The translations under genes and the position numbers were made by a program. Positions 58,895 through 64,000 of a DNA stretch of 64,000 nucleotides are shown piece by piece. The stretch is from an uncultured Bacilli bacterium (GTDB taxonomy: Bacteria; Bacillota_I; Bacilli_A; RF39; UBA660): contig CAKONK010000001.1 of the NCBI GenBank assembly GCA_934097085.1, positions 4,221 through 68,220 of the forward strand. Reading direction: 5' to 3'. The first letter of the stretch is position 1; every line of letters starts with the position of its first letter. The notes beneath the pieces are model-generated. The model saw only the letters and a program-made list of their open reading frames with translations. It was not told where the DNA came from and ran no database searches.

Positions 58895-59243
58895 TTTCAA
58901 TTAAACCTATTATTTGTTCAAGTTTTTCATCACAGCATTTATTTAAATTGTCAATTAAATAATCTAATTTTTTTCTTTTATCTAAATTTTTTAATGCTAG
59001 ATCTAAATATTTTGGATAATTATTAAGTTTATCAAAATCCTTAATAATAGGATTTTTATCTACCTCAATAATTTGATAAGATATTTTAGCATCTTCCAAA
59101 GTATTTAATACTTTGGATAAACTATTATCAGGAAATCCACATAAACCATCTTTGAGTACTTTATAACCAAAAAGTAAATTCATAATATAAGCATCAGTAT
59201 TTTTACACTGATAAAATTTACCACGATTTTTATAAAATATCAA
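58878..59243 (-). CDS. MutS-domain-I-like small protein (MSL-type DGR accessory ORF)
   Basis: IFYKNRGKFYQCKNTDAYIMNLLFGYKVLKDGLCGFPDNSLSKVLNTLEDAKISYQIIE aligns by eye with the MutS mismatch-binding domain ([17 protein letters not shown]...LL...MAGIP...YL..L...G..V.I.EQ). TTG start with no obvious Shine-Dalgarno sequence. Confidence 0.55.
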   Translation of the reverse strand: MIFYKNRGKFYQCKNTDAYIMNLLFGYKVLKDGLCGFPDNSLSKVLNTLEDAKISYQIIEVDKNPIIKDFDKLNNYPKYLDLALKNLDKRKKLDYLIDNLNKCCDEKLEQIIGLIENELRK

Positions 59244-59250
59244 AAATGAC

Positions 59251-59300
59251 TTTACATTAGTAACCCCCCGGTTTTACATTACCTTTACATGCATTTACAT
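59251..59300 (+). promoter_or_regulatory. Array of four phased TTTACAT direct repeats (array A) between target-2 and the MSL-avd-RT operon
   Basis: Copies start at 59251, 59273, 59284 and 59294 (spacings 22, 11, 10 bp). A C6G2 tract at 59265-59272 lies inside the array. Confidence 0.4.
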
Positions 59301-59355
59301 TTTTAAATAATTTTATTTTTTCCTTCCTTTCTAATTATTTAATTATTTATTTTAA

Positions 59356-59381
59356 ATCGGCTTCACAATGCGAAGCACGAT
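59356..59381 (-). other. Conserved hairpin after target-2 (copy 2 of the 34-nt element)
   Basis: Same stem as 55789-55814, with a single loop difference (acaatgc vs acaaagc). In the sense strand it is followed only by ATTTAAAAT, so it would be a weak terminator at best. Confidence 0.5.
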
Positions 59382-59388
59382 TTATTAT

Positions 59389-61107
59389 TTACATTCCTAA
59401 AGTATATGGACTTGCTATTGAGCCATCACCAGATAATTTGTTAACATTAGATTGTAGATATAAGACTGGCCTAACTGCAAAACCGTGAAACGCACCGTAG
59501 TAGTCGAGCCCGCCATAGTTGTTGACGCTAACAAGGTTTGAAGAACTATTGGCTGTCATTGTCCACTCATAACCTTGACCGAATAGCCAATTATTAACCA
59601 TTTGACTATTAGCACTTGAATAGCCTAAATTCCCTGTGTAACCACTTATAGCATAGCCAAAATCACTTGCATACATAAGTCCTATCGAAGTATTTTCTGA
59701 AGTTTGTTTAATTATCTCTTTGGCATAAAAATTACTTGATGACAAACTATATGAACCAGCAATTCCAGTATTATAATAAACGCTTTCTACCATATTACCA
59801 TAACTATCATTTTCATTAATGCCATTTTGTGAATAATTACATACACCTTGAGTAGTTTGATAAGCATAACAGTATTTATCACAACCATCTTTTTTACCTA
59901 AATAACAAGTATTTAAAAGGCCTTGAATAGTGCTACCAATCCACACTATAGGATTTGATGAACTATAATTTGATTTATTATAAGCGTATGCTCCAATTGG
60001 GTCTGCTTTAATAATCTTTACTCTGTTTTCCCATTTAGTACACTGTGCTTCACCTTGCTTAAATGATGTTCCATTAATAGTAGTATCCTCTGTTATAGGA
60101 GTTACCTCTAAACAAACTGGTACATAACCTATTATTCTCCATAACTCATTATTAAAGGATACATAGTTATTAGGATTATTACCCTGATATCTATATTGCA
60201 GTGTATTATTATCTGTTACTTTTGTTATTACTCCATCTCCTGAAGTACCTTCACCTGCTGTTATAACACTTGATAAAAGTGTACCTGTAGTATTAGTTGT
60301 TTTAGTTAGAGTTGCACTAGCACCATCATTAACTCCATTTTTAATAGATATCATTCTATTAATATTATCCCAAGAAATATTCGAAGAAGTTATACCATTT
60401 AAATTAGATAATGAATAATTACTATTGGGATTATTATATGGTAAATCTGTTACATTTATATTTATTTGATTAATAGCCTCTGTTTGATAACATGTTACAT
60501 TTGTTACATTAAATTTACCAGAATAAGTTTTATTAATTAAATTTGATTGATCAAATGCTAAGTTATAAAATTTTGTATTAATAGTCCAATTATGTACTGA
60601 AGGATTACCTTTTTTAGAATTAGATATTTTAGCATTTTTTACAACAATCATATTTGCAGATGGAAAATCATCTTCACTCATAAATTCATTTTTACCTACT
60701 TCAGGTCCTATTACTTGTAAAGTAAATTCTCTAAAAGTACCTGCTGTTTTAGTGGTATATTTATCAGATGAACTATCATAAGTAAAATTAATATCGTAAG
60801 TACATGTTACTCCCGTTTTAGTGGTATTTGCATCTAAACTTACAGTTAATGTACTTGTATTACTAGCAATATAAGTAGTACTTGCTTCCTCAGTCATATT
60901 GTATGGATCTACAGTTATAGAAAAATTTGTTGTATTAGTATCTAGCACTGCATTATCTATTTTATTTGCATATATATTTACATTCATAATATTATTTGTA
61001 TTTATATCAAATACTCCTAAATATCCAAAAGATATTGCTATAGCAAGTACTAAAGTAACTACTACTGATAATATAATAATTTTCTTTTTTTTCTCTATTT
61101 TATCCAT
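59389..61107 (-). CDS. DGR target protein 2 (572 aa): N-terminal TM anchor, long Thr/Asn-rich ectodomain, C-terminal variable module
   Basis: TM segment IIILSVVVTLVLAIAISFGYL. The C-terminal module is homologous to target-1 (NNPNNYVSFNNELWRIIG, IGLMYASDFGYA, NNWLFGQGYEWTMTA, AVRPVLYL). VR2 lies at the 3' end. Confidence 0.9.
   Translation of the reverse strand: MDKIEKKKKIIILSVVVTLVLAIAISFGYLGVFDINTNNIMNVNIYANKIDNAVLDTNTTNFSITVDPYNMTEEASTTYIASNTSTLTVSLDANTTKTGVTCTYDINFTYDSSSDKYTTKTAGTFREFTLQVIGPEVGKNEFMSEDDFPSANMIVVKNAKISNSKKGNPSVHNWTINTKFYNLAFDQSNLINKTYSGKFNVTNVTCYQTEAINQININVTDLPYNNPNSNYSLSNLNGITSSNISWDNINRMISIKNGVNDGASATLTKTTNTTGTLLSSVITAGEGTSGDGVITKVTDNNTLQYRYQGNNPNNYVSFNNELWRIIGYVPVCLEVTPITEDTTINGTSFKQGEAQCTKWENRVKIIKADPIGAYAYNKSNYSSSNPIVWIGSTIQGLLNTCYLGKKDGCDKYCYAYQTTQGVCNYSQNGINENDSYGNMVESVYYNTGIAGSYSLSSSNFYAKEIIKQTSENTSIGLMYASDFGYAISGYTGNLGYSSANSQMVNNWLFGQGYEWTMTANSSSNLVSVNNYGGLDYYGAFHGFAVRPVLYLQSNVNKLSGDGSIASPYTLGM
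59473..59547 (-). repeat. DGR variable repeat VR2
   Basis: Aligns with TR 57364-57438. There are 11 mismatches, 10 of them at TR adenines (sense strand). It encodes SSSNLVSVNNYGGLDYYGAFHGFAV. Confidence 0.9.
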
Positions 61108-61195
61108 ATCTTTACATTCCTATCTTTACTAATTTATCATACCATAATAAAACTACTTTTCCAAGTAGTTAATCTATAAAAAATAAAAATTTAAG

Positions 61196-61226
61196 ATGAA
61201 AATTAAAAAGGGATAGTTAGTCTACC
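61196..61226 (-). terminator. Rho-independent terminator of ileS
   Basis: In the minus sense: agggtag-actaa-ctatccct followed by TTTTAATTTT. It overlaps the last codons of ileS. Confidence 0.6.
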
Positions 61227-64000
61227 CTTTTTAATTTTATACCCACACTATAATCATTTAATGTTAAATCTTTTTCTATAGTATCATCAAAATTAATTTC
61301 TATAGCAAGAACTTCATTTTTAACATAATCAAGATTATCTTTAATAGAACTTGCAAACTCTTCATCTGCATTAACATCAATAATAATTCTATTATCAATA
61401 TCAAAATTATTTTCCTTTCTAATTGCTTGTACTTTAGAAACAAATTCCCTAGCATTACCCTCTTTTTTAAGTGGCTCTGTAATAACTGCATTAAGTATTA
61501 CAAACTTACCATTATCCATACCAATATCAAAGCCCTCTTTTGCATTATATCTAATATCAACTAAAGATGGATTAATTTCATATGTTTTATCATTAATATC
61601 TAAAGTAATATTTTCACCTTTTTGAATACTTTCAAGTTCTTTATCAGTTAAATTTAATAATTTTTCTTGATAAGCTTTCATGTCTTTACCAAATATTTTA
61701 CCAGCTTCTTTAAAATTAGGTTTTACCTCAAAGTTCATATAAGTATTAATATCGTTTATAAATTTAACCTCTTTAACATTTAATTCCTCTTTGATAAGTG
61801 ATGTTAAATTATCAATAACGCTTTCATATTTACCATCAATTAACACTTCACTAAGTGGTTGTCTTACTTTAATTTTATTTTCTTCTCTAGCGTATCTACC
61901 TATAGAAATAAGATCTCTTACTAAATCCATTTTTTCCTCTAAAGAATGGTCTATTAAGCTTTCATTACAAACTGGATAATCTGCTAAATGAACTGATTTT
62001 TCACTTGTTAAATTAGTATAGATTTCTTCGGAAACAAATGGTGCAATCGGAGCAATTAATTTACATAGTCCACTTAAAACTTCATAAGTAGTTATATAAA
62101 CACTCTTCTTTGAATTATTAAATTCACTTCCCCAGAATCTATTACGATTACGTCTAATATACCAATTTGATAAATCATCTGATACAAATGATGTAATATA
62201 TTTAGTAACTTTATTTAAATCATATTCAGAAAAAGCATTTCTTACATTTCTAACTAAATTATTATATTTTGATAAAAGCCATTTATCAATTTCCTCTCTA
62301 TCTATATAATCTACATTACATTCATTTATATTAATATTATCTACATTAGCATACATTTGAAAGAATGAATATGTATTTTTTAAAGGATTTACAAACTTAG
62401 AATATACCTCTTTTACACCATCTTCATCAAATTTAAGTGGTGTCCATACTGGAGATGCATAAAGCATATACCATCTAATAGAATCTGCTCCGTATTTTTC
62501 AATAATAGCAATTGGGTCAATAATATTACCTGTGGATTTACTCATCTTCTTACCATTTTTATCAAGCATCATATCATTTACTACAACATTTTTAAATGAT
62601 GAAGTTCCACTTATAATAGTACTTATTACAAGTAGTACATAAAACCATCCTCTTGTTTGGTCTACTCCCTCAGCAATAAAATCTGCAGGAAATTGACTTT
62701 CAAAAAGCTTTTTATTTTCAAATGGATAATGATACTGTGCATAAGGCATTGAACCTGAATCAAACCATACATCTAAAACATCTTTAACTCTATGCATTGT
62801 GCCACCACATGAACAAGTCATTGTAATATTATCTACATATGGTCTATGAAGTTCCATATTTTTAATATCAATATCTTTTTCATTTGCTCTAGAATTAAGT
62901 TCCTCTACGCTACCAATTACATCAAAATGATTACATTCATCACATACCCAAATAGGAAGAGGACAACCCCAATATCTATTTCTTGAAATACCCCAATCTA
63001 TCATATTTTCAAGCCAGTTATTAAATCTTTTTTGGCCTACATAATCAGGATACCAATTAATAGCTTTATTAGCCTCAATAATTTTATCTTTATAAGCAGT
63101 TGTTTTTATATACCAAGCTGGTTTTGCATAATAGATAAGTGGACTTTTACATCTCCAACAATGAGGATAATCGTGAACCATTTTTATTTTCTTAAATAAT
63201 TTATCATTTTCCTTTAAATATTTAATAATATCTATCTCAAGGTCTTTATCAGTTACAAGAGTTCCTTTCCAAGGACCAATTTTATATTTACCATCACTAC
63301 CAACACTTTGAACAAATGAAATACCATTTTGAGTACATACTCTATTATCATCAGCACCATACGCAGGAGCAATATGAACGATTCCTGTACCATCTTCAGC
63401 AGTAACATAAGAGTCCGCAACAACAACAAAGGCTTTACCATCAACTTTTGCAAAAGGCATTAATTGTTCATACTCTGTTCCAACTAAATCAGTACCTTTA
63501 AATGATTCAAGAACTTTTACATCGTCTCCTAAAACTTTTCCTACTAAACTTTCACATAAAATGAATTTATAACCCATACTTTCAACTTTTACATAAGTTA
63601 AATTGGGATTTACGCATGCAGCAACATTATCAATTAATGTCCAAGGAGTTGTAGTCCATACAAGCATATATTCATCTTTATCCTTTATTTTGAAAGGAAC
63701 AATAACTGTATTTACGCTATCTTCTTCATAACCTTGACTTACTTCATGTGATGCAAGTTCTGTTCCACATCTAGGACAATACGGAAGCACTTTAGAACCA
63801 TAATAAATAAGTCCTTTTTCATGCATAGTTTTTAAAATCCACCACTCAGATTCAATATAGTCATTACTACATGTAATATAAGGATTTTTAGTGTCAATAA
63901 ATTGCCCCATCATTTGAGTTACTTTATCTACTTCATCAATATTTGTAGCGGTTTCTTTATTACACTCTTTACAGAAATTTTCTACACCAAACTTTTCAAT
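61217..64000 (-). CDS. ileS: Isoleucyl-tRNA synthetase, partial (N-terminus beyond the right edge); probably the long type-2 form
   Basis: KMSKSTGN, DWGISRNRYWGCPLPIW, and CPRCGT / CWRCKS editing and zinc motifs. The reading frame stays open from 63913 to base 64000 (IEKFGVENFCKECNKETATNIDEVDKVTQMM...). Confidence 0.95.
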   Translation of the reverse strand: MEKFGVENFCKECNKETATNIDEVDKVTQMMGQFIDTKNPYITCSNDYIESEWWILKTMHEKGLIYYGSKVLPYCPRCGTELASHEVSQGYEEDSVNTVIVPFKIKDKDEYMLVWTTTPWTLIDNVAACVNPNLTYVKVESMGYKFILCESLVGKVLGDDVKVLESFKGTDLVGTEYEQLMPFAKVDGKAFVVVADSYVTAEDGTGIVHIAPAYGADDNRVCTQNGISFVQSVGSDGKYKIGPWKGTLVTDKDLEIDIIKYLKENDKLFKKIKMVHDYPHCWRCKSPLIYYAKPAWYIKTTAYKDKIIEANKAINWYPDYVGQKRFNNWLENMIDWGISRNRYWGCPLPIWVCDECNHFDVIGSVEELNSRANEKDIDIKNMELHRPYVDNITMTCSCGGTMHRVKDVLDVWFDSGSMPYAQYHYPFENKKLFESQFPADFIAEGVDQTRGWFYVLLVISTIISGTSSFKNVVVNDMMLDKNGKKMSKSTGNIIDPIAIIEKYGADSIRWYMLYASPVWTPLKFDEDGVKEVYSKFVNPLKNTYSFFQMYANVDNININECNVDYIDREEIDKWLLSKYNNLVRNVRNAFSEYDLNKVTKYITSFVSDDLSNWYIRRNRNRFWGSEFNNSKKSVYITTYEVLSGLCKLIAPIAPFVSEEIYTNLTSEKSVHLADYPVCNESLIDHSLEEKMDLVRDLISIGRYAREENKIKVRQPLSEVLIDGKYESVIDNLTSLIKEELNVKEVKFINDINTYMNFEVKPNFKEAGKIFGKDMKAYQEKLLNLTDKELESIQKGENITLDINDKTYEINPSLVDIRYNAKEGFDIGMDNGKFVILNAVITEPLKKEGNAREFVSKVQAIRKENNFDIDNRIIIDVNADEEFASSIKDNLDYVKNEVLAIEINFDDTIEKDLTLNDYSVGIKLKRVD

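Larger units (their letters stand above)
55788..61107 (-). mobile_element. Diversity-generating retroelement (DGR) cassette: target-2, MSL-like ORF, Avd, RT, TR, small ORF, target-1
   Basis: A YMDD reverse transcriptase, an Avd-like ORF, and a 75-nt TR with two cognate VRs whose mismatches fall at TR adenines (detail in the individual features). Confidence 0.92.

Overview
This is a 64-kb chromosomal window from a very AT-rich, low-GC Bacillota genome (Clostridia- or Erysipelotrichia-like; I cannot name the species). From about 12.4 kb onward almost every gene is on the minus strand. Most of the window is housekeeping: recX, a DHH phosphoesterase, ackA, ligA, pcrA, ppdK, a short rel, recA, dnaB-dnaI, fpg, polA, truB, rbfA, infB, ylxR, nusA, rimP and ileS (which runs off the right edge). 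I found no rRNA, tRNA, CRISPR array, transposase or prophage genes.

The main finding is a complete diversity-generating retroelement (DGR) at about 55.8-61.1 kb, between ileS and the rimP-nusA-infB operon. It contains a YMDD reverse transcriptase, an Avd-like ORF and one or two small MutS-domain-I-like ORFs. Its 75-nt template repeat is full of AAC codons. Two membrane-anchored target genes flank the cassette, and their 3' variable repeats differ from the template almost only at template adenines (24 of 25 mismatches).

Other accessory content:
- A serpin, a possible cohesin-like anchor and a giant dockerin-bearing papain-like protease (0-6.3 kb).
- A HerA-like ATPase in an apparent operon with HIT and CapA-like genes.
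- An 11-kb island rich in kinase, nucleotidyltransferase, phosphatase, Nudix, PHP, CYTH and GT2 genes (23-34 kb).
- Two arrays of helically phased TTTACA direct repeats. One lies just upstream of the DGR accessory operon.
- An orphan near-consensus promoter plus terminator that could specify a roughly 50-nt sRNA.

All protein calls rest on motifs read by eye from the supplied translations. No database search was run.
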